NCBI RefSeq assembly: GCF_009914755.1 | Contig: NC_060925.1 | Reading direction: 5' to 3' (one strand) | DNA from: the human T2T-CHM13v2.0 reference genome, Homo sapiens | Length of the DNA: 64,000 nucleotides | In this document: piece by piece, positions 14,621-28,535 of the stretch | Numbering within the stretch: the first letter of the stretch is position 1 | How the letters are laid out: every line of letters starts with the position of its first letter | The notes under the pieces: generated by a model | Told to the model about the DNA's origin: nothing | Database searches by the model: none | What the model saw: the letters and a program-made list of their open reading frames with translations, nothing else | Program-made: the position numbers and the translations under genes

Positions 14621-14772
14621 GGGATTCCCATCGAAACGTCATCATGTGGCTGGACCATCGAGCAGTCAGTCAAGTTAACAGGATCAATGAGACCAAGCAC
14701 AGTGTCCTCCAGTACGTCGGGGGGGTGATGTCTGTGGAAATGCAGGCCCCGAAACTTCTGTGGCTGAAAGAG
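14621..14772 (+). CDS. FGGY: FGGY internal coding exon, 152 nt (probably exon 4): (G)[50 protein letters not shown]
   Basis: Pyrimidine tract and TAG acceptor (14618-14620); donor GAG|GTGAGT at 14773. FGGY_N motifs W-x-D-x-RA and PKLLWLKE lie inside ORF 14536..14784. Confidence 0.97.
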
Positions 14773-15059
14773 GTGAGTGCATAGGGTCTAAGAGAAGATA
14801 CCAACAATAGTAGAGGATTCCTGTTACTGTGGACCTGTAGGTACCAGGCACCCTGCTAAAATCGGTTATGTTTGATTTTTCCCAGCAACTAGGAGGAAGG
14901 TTGATCCCATTTTATTGATTACAGTGTAGTTAAATCACACCTGTTTTTATGTGCCTAACTCATACTAGGCACTGTGACAAGTATTGTACACATTATCTCT
15001 TTGAAGGCCAACGACCCTATGAAGTGTTTGTGTGTGGTGTTTATTTTAGGGTGTCTGTT

Positions 15060-15171
15060 TTGTAGACAAGAAAACGAATGTTCATAGAGATAAAACAACT
15101 CACTCAAAGTGACAAAGTAAATATGTGACAGAACCAGAATTTGAACCTAAGACTGGCTGACTCCAAAATCA
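15060..15171. mobile_element. MIR core hosting the Alu monomer and L1 insertions; resumes after 16531
   Basis: Decayed MIR core (CAGAACCAGAATTTGAACCTAAGACTGGCTGACTCCAAA). Confidence 0.65.
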
Positions 15172-15306
15172 TTTTTTTTTAATTTTAAAATGTTTCTTTT
15201 GTAGAGACTTGGTCTCACTATTTTGGCCAGGCTGATTTCGAACTCCTGGCCTTATGTGATCCTGCAAAAGTGATATGATTATAGGTGTGAACCACTGTGC
15301 CCGGCC
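15172..15306 (-). mobile_element. Alu monomer (FLAM/left-arm type) with internal deletion
   Basis: T tail followed by a single antisense arm ending CCCGGCC; TSD TCCAAAATCA at 15162-15171 and 15308-15317. Confidence 0.8.
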
Positions 15307-15325
15307 ATCCAAAATCAATTCTTTT

Positions 15326-16530
<1,205 letters not shown>

Positions 16531-18529
16531 AAAATCAATTCTTTTAATACCCAGTATTCTATTGGAGTTCAGAGAGGTTAATTACCGTTCCAATGAGAAA
16601 GCAGCCGAGGTGGGATTTAAGTCCATATCTTCTGACCAGAGCTTTGCTGTTCTGTACACTTTTAGCCCCAACTTATTAATATTTGGCCTTGTTGACATCT
16701 TAGGCTTTCCCTTTCTCATCCCACCTGCACTCGAGTTTCTCATCCTTAAATGATATGGCAATCTCTGGTCAAAGCACTTGCAGGTGGCTCCCATTTCCAG
16801 ATGTTAGGACTTCTTTCTGAAGTGTGGAGAATGGTGATGTCAGCTTAATGGTTCCCATTAGAGATGGATGTGTGAGAAAGTTCAAGTCCTTTGGGAATCT
16901 CAAGGACTTGAAAACCTCTAGGTGGTCTGGAGAAGTAGAGAATCCATCTAATGAGCATGACCTGCTGTGATTCATTTACTGGCTCTGAGATTTCAGGTGG
17001 GCTGAGTCTTCTATTACTCAGATTGTAAATGGAGATGGGGAGAGCTTAGGTTGCTGAGAGGGTGCCTAAGGATTGCCATCACGGGGCAGGAGAGTGGTAG
17101 GAAAGAAGGGCTTCAGCAATCAAAGCAGGCTTGGCTTTTTAGCTATTTTATATATTGAGCTGTTTTGTAAGTTTTAATCTACATAAAGGCTTCTGTGGTT
17201 GCTAAGAGTTTGAAAACAGAGTTTCTTAGGAGTCAGGAGTTTTCAAGAATCTAATTCTGACTCTACTGTCAACAATTGTATGCTTTGGTCAAAGCACTTC
17301 TTATTTCAGGCCTCACTTTCTTCATGTATAAAGTGGGAGAGTTGTATTAACCAGTTTGAAAACCTGACTCGGGTATATACTGAAACACAAAATTGGAATA
17401 TAGAACTGTTCTGCGCTGCCCGGTACCCTGCTTTGAGTTGTATAAGCATTAGTTGATTTTAATCCTAATGGTCTGTGCCTGGTAGATAGCACAGGAAACT
17501 GATCCTAAGGAGGTTTTCCCAAACAGGTGATAGAGCCAGAATTTAAATCCATGTCTGCTGGGCTCCAAATCTCAGCTTATTCCATCATGTCATGCAGTAG
17601 TAAAATCCCTCTGTGAAGCATGGCTCTTGGCGTAGGACCAGGAATGATGGCAGTGGTCTTCTTCAATTTGGCCTAAACTTGTTGCTATATCAACAAGTTT
17701 GGATTGGATATATCACCTTTTTTGGCAACACAGAAAGAAAAGTTATACTGAGTTAAGCAAAGAGGATTGGGCGGAGGGTCATTGGTTCAGTGTCAGGGCC
17801 TTCTAGAGCACTTGCCATGTGGCCAGCTCCAGCCTATATCCCAGGAGATCTAAATGCATATCTGGCACGAACCTCTCAGGATTCTTACCATCTCGCACTT
17901 GAGATAAAACTGCACTAAATAAATCCCATAGGAAATAGTTAAAGTCTAGATTACATGGCAGTGTTTGTGACCCTCTGAGAACATCTTATATTAATTTATT
18001 TTAAAAAATCAATTTTCTTTCAGAATTTTCTGAGTAAGCCTCTAGTGTGGGGTGTGTTTTGGTAAGCATGTACAGGAATTCTTGCTGAGAATTCCTTTGG
18101 CTTTAACATGATTGCAAAATCAAAATTAAAGAGATTTCTAAAGTCAGTTTTAGCATCTTCTTAAAGCCTGACCAGGAGGGCTATAGTGCTTCTCAGACTT
18201 CAATGTGTAAATGAATCACCTGGAGATCTTAGGTTCTGATTCAGTAGCTTTGGGATAGGGACTGAAAATTTGAGATTTTGTATTTCTAACTCAAGTTCAC
18301 GGGTGATGCTAATATTAGTGGCCTGGGAACTTGTGAAACCACTTTTAATTCCAAAAGCTCTGCTCCCCTACCCTGAAAAGCATCCACTTTTGGGGAATCA
18401 GGGAATGGTACCTTTGTTTTTAATGCTATGATGGGAGACACAGGAAAGTTTGATAGCTTCAGTAGAGCTGCTCAAGTGCCCGTTCAGTATAAAAGCATGA
18501 GATTCTGTGTTCTAAGTTCATCAAGCTGT

Positions 18530-19100
18530 CATGTGTTTACTCCTTCTTCATTCTTTAATTCTTGGAAGTCTGTACTGAGCTCAACTATGAACCAGCAACT
18601 GTGATAGGCACTGGGGAACTGGGGACAATAAGGACTCAACCTTACCATTGAGCAGCACACAGTCCACTAGGGATAGTGGTAGGGGAGCATAAGGAATGGG
18701 GTGGATGCAGGAGTGACATGAAAACAGAGCCATCAAATGTACTATGCACTGTGATATAGCAATATACAAAGTGCTTTGGGAAAAAGGATTTGCTTCCCAG
18801 AGGCAATAGTTTGACAGGAGCCTCAAGATATGAGTAGAGGTTTTGCCTAGCAGAGAAGATAGGAAAGACATTCTGAAGAGAGACTGTGGTTCATCTGTGT
18901 TATGGTAGGTGAGTCCCAGGGCATGAGCTGGGGTGCTTCAGCAAGCATAGCAGGAGATGAGGCCAGGTAAATAGTCTGAGTTCGGCTTATTAAGGGCTTA
19001 TTTGGTGATAGGGATTGGTTGATGGTTGTTAAGCAAGGGAGGGGCTGGCTTAGGTAACTGGCAGACATGTGGAGATTGGATTAGGGTGAGAAAATGTGTG
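18530..19100. mobile_element. L2 (LINE-2) relic, ends approximate
   Basis: Typical decayed L2 3' sequence (TTCATTC...GGCACTGGGG...AAGACATTC...GGAGATGAGGCCAGG). Confidence 0.55.
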
Positions 19101-19326
19101 TGGGGGAGTAAGAACTAGAGTTTTCTCATTCCCCTGATGATAGCACTCTGATGGCTTTGCATTGCTCTGTTAGATAAATTCCAGAAACTGAAACATGGAC
19201 TAGAAAATGGTGCATGATGTCATTTTTACCTCTTCCTCTCTCGTCACTGTTTGTCTTTTACATCCTAGCTCACTATATCCCATCTACAGGAATCCACTTA
19301 GAGTTTTTTGTTACATGAGTCTTGGC

Positions 19327-19663
19327 TAGAGGTTGGCAGACTATGGCACCCAGGCCAAATCTGGCCTACTGCCTGTTATTGGATGGCTTGAGAAAATGTA
19401 AATGGTTTTACATTTTCAAGTGGTTAAGAAAGAATCAAAAGGATGATATTTTGTGACTTATGAAAATAATATGAAATTAAAATTTTAGTGGCCGTAAGTA
19501 AAGTTTGATTGGAACACAGCCACACTCATCCATTTATGTGTTGTTTATGTCTGTTTTCACACTACAGTGACAGCTGAGTAGTTGAGACAGAGACTATGTC
19601 GCCTACAGGGCAGAATATATATGTACCATCTGGACCAACAGATGAAAAGTTTGCCGACCCCTG
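19327..19663. mobile_element. MER58-type (hAT-Charlie) DNA transposon
   Basis: Termini AGAGGTTGGCAGACT and AGTTTGCCGACCCCTG are imperfect inverted repeats; GGCCAAATCTGGCC motif. Confidence 0.8.
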
Positions 19664-22456
19664 GTCTTGACAATGCTGAGTCTTTCACCTACAGTGTTCT
19701 TCCCTCTACTCACTGCTGGTTCTTCCTCATCATTTAGGTTTCAGTTTTATTTTTGCTCTCTTGAAAAGCCTTTCCTGATCCTCAAATACATCAGAGTCTC
19801 TTGTTATTACACTCTTAATTTTACTTCATTATATCTTTCGTAAATTGTAATGCTACGTCAATTTTTGTGGTGATTTATATAATGCTTGCTCCAACCATTG
19901 TAATCTGCAGGAGGATAGAGATCATATCCACCTCGTTCTTTGCTATGTCTTGGTCCTTAACCAAATGGCTGGTGCACAGTAGGTGCTCAGTACATATTTT
20001 CTGAATAATTTGAATGACTCAATAACTCAATAAGGGGCTGTTACAGTACTCCATGGGAGAACTAATGAGACCTGAATGAGGCACTGTGAGATGGCAGGAG
20101 ATGGGTCCTAGAAATTTTTAGAGGATAATATCAATAGAACATTGACACTGATTGGCTGTGAGGAGTGAGTCAGATGGAGGAGCCAGAGCTGACCACTCAC
20201 TTCGTTATTGCTGTCATTTATCTTCTCCTTGTCCTTAGCCTAGAGTCAGATGTCAGAGGAAGTTGGGCAGAATTTGGGGTTTTATCTGTCTTGAGATGTT
20301 CTAGGACCACCATAGCTCTTGAACAAAGTCACCTGGATCCTAGTCCTGCAAATATGGAATTTAATCATGTCCTTTTCATTTAAAGTTTATGTGTTTCAGG
20401 TTGACATTTGTCTCCTTAATAAGAATTGTCAGATGAAAGGAAAAATGCCATTTGAATTTTTCATAACCCCCAGCAGTCTGGCTTTTCCATTTGGTCTCAA
20501 TGATTCTGACTCTCATCTTAATGAAGGCCAAATGTAAATTAAGTTCTGTCAGGCTTGAGCAGCTGGGGTCTCCTATCTTTATAAACATGAAACATTGTAG
20601 GGTTAACAAGGTGCAGACTGAGGAAGGTCAAGAGAGTTGCTGAGCTGATGTGGATCCTGACAGCTCAATGTTAATGGGAGGTAATTAACGTGGCTTGTAG
20701 GGGCTACATGGAGATCTTCCAAGCTGTCTTTTAACTCATTTCCTCTTTTGCCATTGTCAGCAGAGCAGAAAGCTAATCATTTTATAGTTTGAGATTTTTC
20801 TTGCTTATTCCAAAGTTCTGGAACCAACTGTCTGGAATGTCACAGGATTTTGTTGATGGATTCAGGAAATATACCTGCTGCTTCTCTCTCCCCTGTCTGT
20901 GCCCCTGTGCTTCTGTCCTCCTGATAACATACTGGGAAAATGAGGAAATGATTCTCCAATTGGTAGATTCTTTGGGGGGAACCTGGGGGTTTGGATGGCT
21001 AGAGAGGTGGTTTGATAACTTCCTGCTAGCTGTGGAAGCTGTCACTTGAGTGCTTTGCAGTAGGAACTGCTGAAAAGAAAACCCTGCTGCAGGTCAGGGA
21101 AGCTTGGTTCTTCTAGTTCTTTCTGTAACTTGAGAGGCTGGACGAAGCTAATTTTTAAAACCTTATTTGGCCTTATTTTGTCACTCTTGTTGATGACATA
21201 ATAACACCTTTTCTCTATCTTAAACCTTAGTCTAATCTTGAAACTTCATGAAAGATAGACAATATAAGTTTCTTTCCTTGAAATGCCATCATTTAAATAG
21301 ATGGCAGTATGGTGGAAACTAGTCTTTCTTAGTTAGTTACTGTCTAATTACTATTCAACTGTGTTCATCAGGTCTTAATAGTAGCACTAATACAAGATAT
21401 TGAGGAACTTTGGGAGATATAACACAAATCTATACAGAAAAGTACAGGATTTGGAGCCAAACTTGCATTTAAATTTTTCTGTACCACTTACCAATTGTGG
21501 GATCTTGGACAAGCTAAAATCAACTTCTCTGAGTCTCAGTGTGCTGAGCTATAAAATGAGGACAATAGTATCAGTCTTGTAGAGTTATGAGTTAGTGAGG
21601 TATTTGTAAAGTGGCTTATATAGTAGATACTCAAATGGTACTTTATTTTCATTATCATTGTGTTTAAAAGTGCTTGTTTCTACTGATGGGCATTTCAGTA
21701 ACATCCTATCACTAACTGAGATAATTTTAAAGACTAAAATATCCTATTTCATGGGGCTGGCCATAATGAGTGATATGTTTTTTCCTGTTTTATTAAGGAA
21801 AATTCTAGAAACCATCATCAAAGTTTCTAGAGACAATCATAGAAAATAGAGAATAGAAGAGCACAGAACATATTTTCAGTCATTCATTTATTTGAATCAC
21901 CCACATCCTATGTGTAATACCAATTCCAAAGGCAGCCAACTTCGAGCTGTAAAGCTGATTAACTTACTTGAGTACCTTCTACTTGTTTCCCTTGACATTT
22001 ACCAGTGCCGCCAGTCTCAGAATGTTTTTACTTCACAAGAGTTATTTTATTTAATCTTTACAGCAGTCTGTGGGACAGATATTATCTCTTTTTATATTAC
22101 CAGATGAGGAAACTGAAGCTCAAAAAAGTTAAATAACTTACTCGTGGTCTCATACTATGTAAGCAAACCCATGTCAAGAGCCACACCATTAGCTCTGTTC
22201 CCTCATCTGCTACCTTATGGGAACCTGTGCACTTTCAGTGTGGGAATCCAGAAGTGGTCTCTGCCACCAAGAAATTACAGTCTAGTTAAAGAATAAAGAT
22301 ACAGAGCAACCAAGCAGTAAGAGCAGAACAAGAAAATAGATGAAAATAAGAGCTAAAGCGTATGTAGTGCTTGTTAATACATCTGGTACTTTTCTAAGCA
22401 TTTTACCCATGATAATTCATTTATTTCTCACAGCTACCCTATAATTATTGTATTTT

Positions 22457-22800
<344 letters not shown>

Positions 22801-23599
22801 TAAGCAACTTGCCCAAGGTCACTCAGCTAATAAGTGGCAAGGCTGGGATTTGAACTTTGGCATTTCACATCCAGAGTACGGGCTTATCACCATTTTGCTC
22901 TACTGCCTCTTTCAGCGTTTGCTTTGCAGGCTTTGCATAAACTAGTTTAGGGAAGAAATTTGTGGGTGATGGCTTCGGGAGGATCTGAGGCTGTGAACAA
23001 TGGTCAGTAGCTTCATTGTTTCATTTAAGAAATACTGAGTGTCTCCTGTGTGAGAGGCACTTTGCTGGGCGCTGGAGATGCCAAGGTGAATGAGTGGGAT
23101 AAGGGCCCTGGGGTAGGCTTCTGGGAACTTAGAGTCTAGTGTAGAGAGGCAGAAAATAGACACACACAAAGTAATTTTGTTTTCTGGAAAATGCTACGAA
23201 GGAAAAACACAGATGAACAGATTTGGCATAGCGAGTGTGGGCCTCTCTTGGGAGTTTTTGTTTGACCTGAATGATGAGATAGGAAGGAGGAGCAACAGAT
23301 TCACTGTGGGGGAGGAAAGCACCTCATGAGATCAGCAAAGGAGGTCAGCTGGGCCAGGAGGGTATGAGCAAGGCACAGAGGCGTAGGAGGGGGTTTGGCG
23401 AAGTGGGCAAAGGCTGCTGCATGCAGCCTTGAGGCCAGGGGCAGGAGTTTGAGTTTTATTCCAAGATCAGTGGGAAATGGTTGATGGGCTTTAAACATGG
23501 GTGTGACACAGTATGTTTTATGACCTTAAAAAAATCATTCTGGCATATGTGCTAGGTAGATAGTAAATATTTGTATAGCAACAACAAACTTCATACTGT

Positions 23600-23660
23600 T
23601 TTTTTTTTATTATTATACTTTAAGTTTTAGGGTACATGTGCACAACGTGCAGGTTTGTTA
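23600..23660 (-). mobile_element. Ultra-short (61 nt) L1PA 3' end insertion
   Basis: T tract + TATTATACTTTAAGTTTTAGGGTACATGTGCAC...; TSD CATACTGT at 23592-23599 and 23661-23668. Confidence 0.88.
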
Positions 23661-26600
23661 CATACTGTAATGTTAAAGGGAAGAAAAGTTAGAAGACTAA
23701 TGAACAGTCTTATAAATACATTTGTTTAAAGAAACTATCAGTATGGAAAAAAAGACTGGCCATATACACACAAGAAAACATTAATACTGGTACACTGTTC
23801 ATGGTTGGAAGAGTTTGCTACTGTTTTAGCACAATGCTCATGCTTTTATTACTTAGTAATTTTCCATTCAAAGCTTGTAGTCATAGCTAACCTTTCTGGT
23901 TGACAACACTTCATTATTGAGCAAGGGATTTTTTTTTTTTCTTTTTGGGCTTATTTTCCTAAAAAGCAACATGCTAGGGACTTCACAGGCAGAATTTTAT
24001 CTCTGCCCTTTAGTGACACAGTGTAACAGCATGCTGTTTTACTGTATCTGTGTGGCAGTATGAGGAAACCAAGACTCAGAGGACTTAAGTAGCATCCCCA
24101 AAGCTACACAATAGTAGGTTGTAGAGCCCAGATTCTCACCTAGTCCAGTCTGCCTCCAGCTCCTGGGATCTAACTATTGCCTCTCACTGCCTGCTTTTAA
24201 AGGGCACTCATTTCTTCCCACTTGCCAGGGCTACAGGCTGGCAGACCACTGGCTGAATCTGGTCCCCAATCAGGTTTAGTTTGACCTACCATGTGCTTGG
24301 AAAAAAAAAATAAACAATTTTAAATTAGTTTCCAATATTTAAAAATTGAGAAATTTTATCTGAAAATTCAGATTATTTATTTTCCTGAATAAATAATGAA
24401 AGAACTTGGCAATACAGGGTCCACACTTCCATGCAGAAGGGAACGGCTGGAGCTGAATAGGGGCTGCCTTCTTTAGAAGGGGTCGGCATTCTTCATTTTG
24501 CAGCAGTCCTCACCCAGCCTGCTACACTCATTTCCTTTTTCAGCCCTACCCCTCTGAGCACTTGAATTTGAGACTTAGGCTGTGGGAATTTGTTCAAGGA
24601 ATCTGTCATTACTTTTCCTCTAGCAAGCGCTTAGAGAAATGGAAAGGCATTCCAGATGGCGAATTTCTTGGTCCAGGGCTCTCATGATTCCATGCCTGTA
24701 TTCTCTCACACCTCTGGGTCTTTGCTCAGGTTTTTCCTTCTGCCTGGCAAACTTATAGTAATTTCTTCCTTCACCAGGAAAACTTATAATAATAGTTCAA
24801 AACCCAGCCTTCACTGCCTCCAGGAAGCCTTCCTTGACTTAGGGTCCTACACTCTGTCCCCTGTGGCATTCTATGCTTATCTCTACCCTAGAATTTATTG
24901 CATTACATTGTGCTGTATTTATCTCAGTGTCCCTAGCCTCCAGAGCAATGTTTAAATTCTAACATTAATAACTTATTATATATTTTGATGGGTGGATGAA
25001 TGAGCGGATGAACTTATTAAATCATCTCATGCCATTTTTGATGGCTAGGTGCATTTGTCCAATCATTTCATTCCAAACTAAAGGTTCACTGTATGCCCAA
25101 CATAAGTTAATTTTCTCTTCCTCATTGTGGAAAATGAGATTTGAGCATTACTGTTCCTTTCCATCCTAGAGCCACCCCTTGGCTGCAGTCCTGTTACCGG
25201 AGTCACAGCTTATTTTGTATGCAAAGTGAAGGCTCTAGACTGAGACAGTAACTCCTCTGGGCCTCTCCACTGTGTCTTTGGACTCCTGTGATGGATACCA
25301 CTTTAAGTTGCTCCCTTCACCCCCCAGGAGAATCCAAGACTCATCTTCTCAATCAGAAAGACTTTCTTTAGAATGTTTATACCAGGGCCCTGTATATTGG
25401 ACCAGATTCCTCCCAGCCTTTGAGGAATGAAGACAGTATTGTCAGCTGCTGTTAGGGCATGTGTTGTGGATTTTCTCTCCAGGGTGGGTACTGGACTTGT
25501 AACTAAATACACAGAATGTTGAGGCTGATGGCTTGCCTTCATCTACCTGGACAGTGAATCCTTTCCTTATTATCCTGTATTTGCATATTTGATTTATACC
25601 AAATATGTGTTGCATTCTTTTAGTTTTATAGTCCAGCAAAGTAATTTTTAAAAGGCAGACAAAAGAAAAAAAGTTGTTGGCCAGATACCTTGTAACATTT
25701 AATAAATGTCAGCTATTATTATAATACTTTAAAAAATTTTACTTTATGGCTATGGCAGACTTTCATAAATATTTCCTTTATATGATCTATGACATGACCT
25801 TGTGGGATAAATATTACTACTTCTCACATTTTACAGATGAATACAAGCCTCAAAGAAATGAAATGACTTCTCTACAGGTATCAAATCTTGGTGAAGGTCC
25901 TTTGGGCTTAAACTGGAGCCAAATGAAGTCCCTTGGATCTTAATGAAGGTCCTTTTGGCTTTAAATTCTGGTATATGTGTGTGTGTGTGTTATTCTGCTG
26001 TACCATGTTTCTTCCTCATTTGGGTTGGTGGATTTTCAGCTCCATAAAAGCAGGGACCAAATCTATCTTTTCATACCTTACTGTTTTATATCCCCAGAGC
26101 CAAACACAGTGTTTGGCATTGAAAAAATACTCAATAAACATTTACTAAATGAATTCATGTCCCCTGGCCAGCCAGGAGCTAGCCATGTGACTGTAGTGCT
26201 GAAGACCACATGCCTGGCTTACCTGTTGCCAGTCTTCCTGACGGCTGTGCAGGGATGTTGGCCACCTCTAGGAGTCATTAGTGTAACCAGAGAGGTACGA
26301 GGAAGGATTGTGAAGTTAGGCTTGCTTTATGTCCACATGGTATGATTCTGTGTCGATCAAAAATTGAACAAAATTCTTTTCTCATAGTGGCTAAAATGGA
26401 AGTCACACTTACTGGAGGAAAATACGATCTTTATAGAAACAACACTGAAAAGGACAATGCATTTAATGTGTGTTGTGATACAGTAACTCATAGCGTGTAA
26501 ACTGTCAACTTGGAAATCTAGAGGCTCAGGGTCAATGGATGTCCACTGATGCAAGGAAGGTGGCAGGCTAGAAGTCCAAAAAGGTGCAAAATGGTATTCT

Positions 26601-28503
26601 TTTGGAGGAGTAAGTAAATCTCATTTCTCTGAACACCTGGGCTGTTTTACTTTCTTTTTTCCTATTATCCAAAGTGACCATAATTGTTCTGTTATTGTAG
26701 GGATATATTCATTTAATCAGTGAAAGAAACTTTTGTCTGGTAACTACTAGGTACAAAGTACTGTGCTTGGTGATGGGGAGGAAAGGAGGAAGCCAAGCTC
26801 ACCCTTTATCTCAAGGAATTCCCATATCTAGTACCAAGAGCGAGAGGCTGTGAAAGCCATTACCCGCCCTGCCACCCCCCCGCCATGTTTTATTATCAAA
26901 ATTTCAAACATATAAAAAAGTTGAAAAACTTTTACAGTGAATACTCAGAGCCATCACCTAGAGCCTGCCATGGACATTTACTGTCCTTGCTTTATGACTT
27001 ATGTTGTTTCCATCTGTCTGTTCCTCTACTCAGCTTACATTTTTGGAATAAGTTGGGAGATTGTTACACTTGGGAAGGCAGTTTGAAATATTAAAAGTTG
27101 TTTACATTTCTGAAATATTAAATAAGTTTTAGTTAAGATATTGACTTTGTTTTATTGCTATCTACATACATGGCCAACACCTGTACTAGACTTTATTAAA
27201 TATCCACTGTGTGCTTTCAAATCTTCTATCCCATTTATTCTTATGAAAATCCTGTGAGGTAGATGTTATCACTTGCTTTGCAGATGAAGAAATTGAGGAT
27301 GGAGGGAGTTAAGTAGATTGCCACTTATCAACTTTATTACCTCTGGCAACGTTGGAATGCAAACCCAGGTTTCTGACTCTAAGAAATGAATTTGAAAAAT
27401 TATTGTAAAGGTTAGCTGGTCAAACACCAGCCTTTATCACACAGGTACCCCTGTCTACAGATAAGACATCATTGGAGCTTACCTAAGTAAAGCAAAGCAA
27501 GCAATTAGAAAATGAGAGCTCTCTTATTTTGCTGATTAATTATTCATTATTTTCTTAATAATGACTTTATTTTTCTATCATTTTTAGTATTATTACTTCA
27601 CTTTGATTAGAGAAAGCAACTTCTGATGGTTTAAGTTAAAAATCCCAGATAACACATTTGTTTGGCATAAATTTTTAAGGTAAATATGAACTCTAGAATA
27701 AAACGTTATCAAAGTTATTAAAAGTTTAGCTGTTCAAAGTTAGACTCAAAATGAAAGAATCATACTTGAGACTGGGTGAGATCTGTTTCCCACCACTATG
27801 CAAACTCTGACCCAGGGCCTCTTTTGTTTGTATTCCAGCACATTATAGTTACCTCTCCAAGAGCTGACTTTGTCCTCTTCTTTGCATTCCCCTGAGGTAT
27901 TTGTAGTGAGAAAGAATGACTAAATGATGGAATGAGTTCATTACCTCTTCTGAACCCAGGGGTCTTGGAAGTGCTGACACAGCTAAGACCTCCCTGGAGG
28001 CTTGTCTGTTCATCCAGAATGGCCACTCTGGATTCCTATAAAGGCTCCTGTCTCTCTGAATCCTCCCTGTATGGAGAGGCTATGGATTAGATAAACTTCA
28101 GAGTGTTTAGTAATAAAAACAAGCTTGATCTCAACTCTGTGGCCCTGTCAATACCCATACCTGCACCCTCTTGAAAAGCTACATCAGTGTAGCTTCTAGG
28201 CTTGTAATCTGAATGATCAGTGTCTTTTGGCTCAAAAATGCAAAGTGAAGGAATATTCAGAGGAAATTAGAGAGCTGCCTAAGTGGCTCTATCCTACCTG
28301 GCCTCCGTTTCTCATTATGGCTTTGCTAAAGGGTCTGAACCGTGGCATGGACGTACATTTTTTCTCAGTAACGCCACATGTGTAGAGTATTGATGCTTAC
28401 CCAAGCAAAGCAAAACAAGCAATTAGGAAATACAGTCTCTCTCTCATTTTACCGATTAATTATTCATAATTTTATTGATAATAAGAACTTTATTTTTCTA
28501 TCA

Positions 28504-28535
<32 letters not shown>

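Noticed and set aside
16766-17300. 14-nt exact repeat TGGTCAAAGCACTT
   Set aside because: Several 14-mer matches are expected by chance in 64 kb, and the match does not extend.
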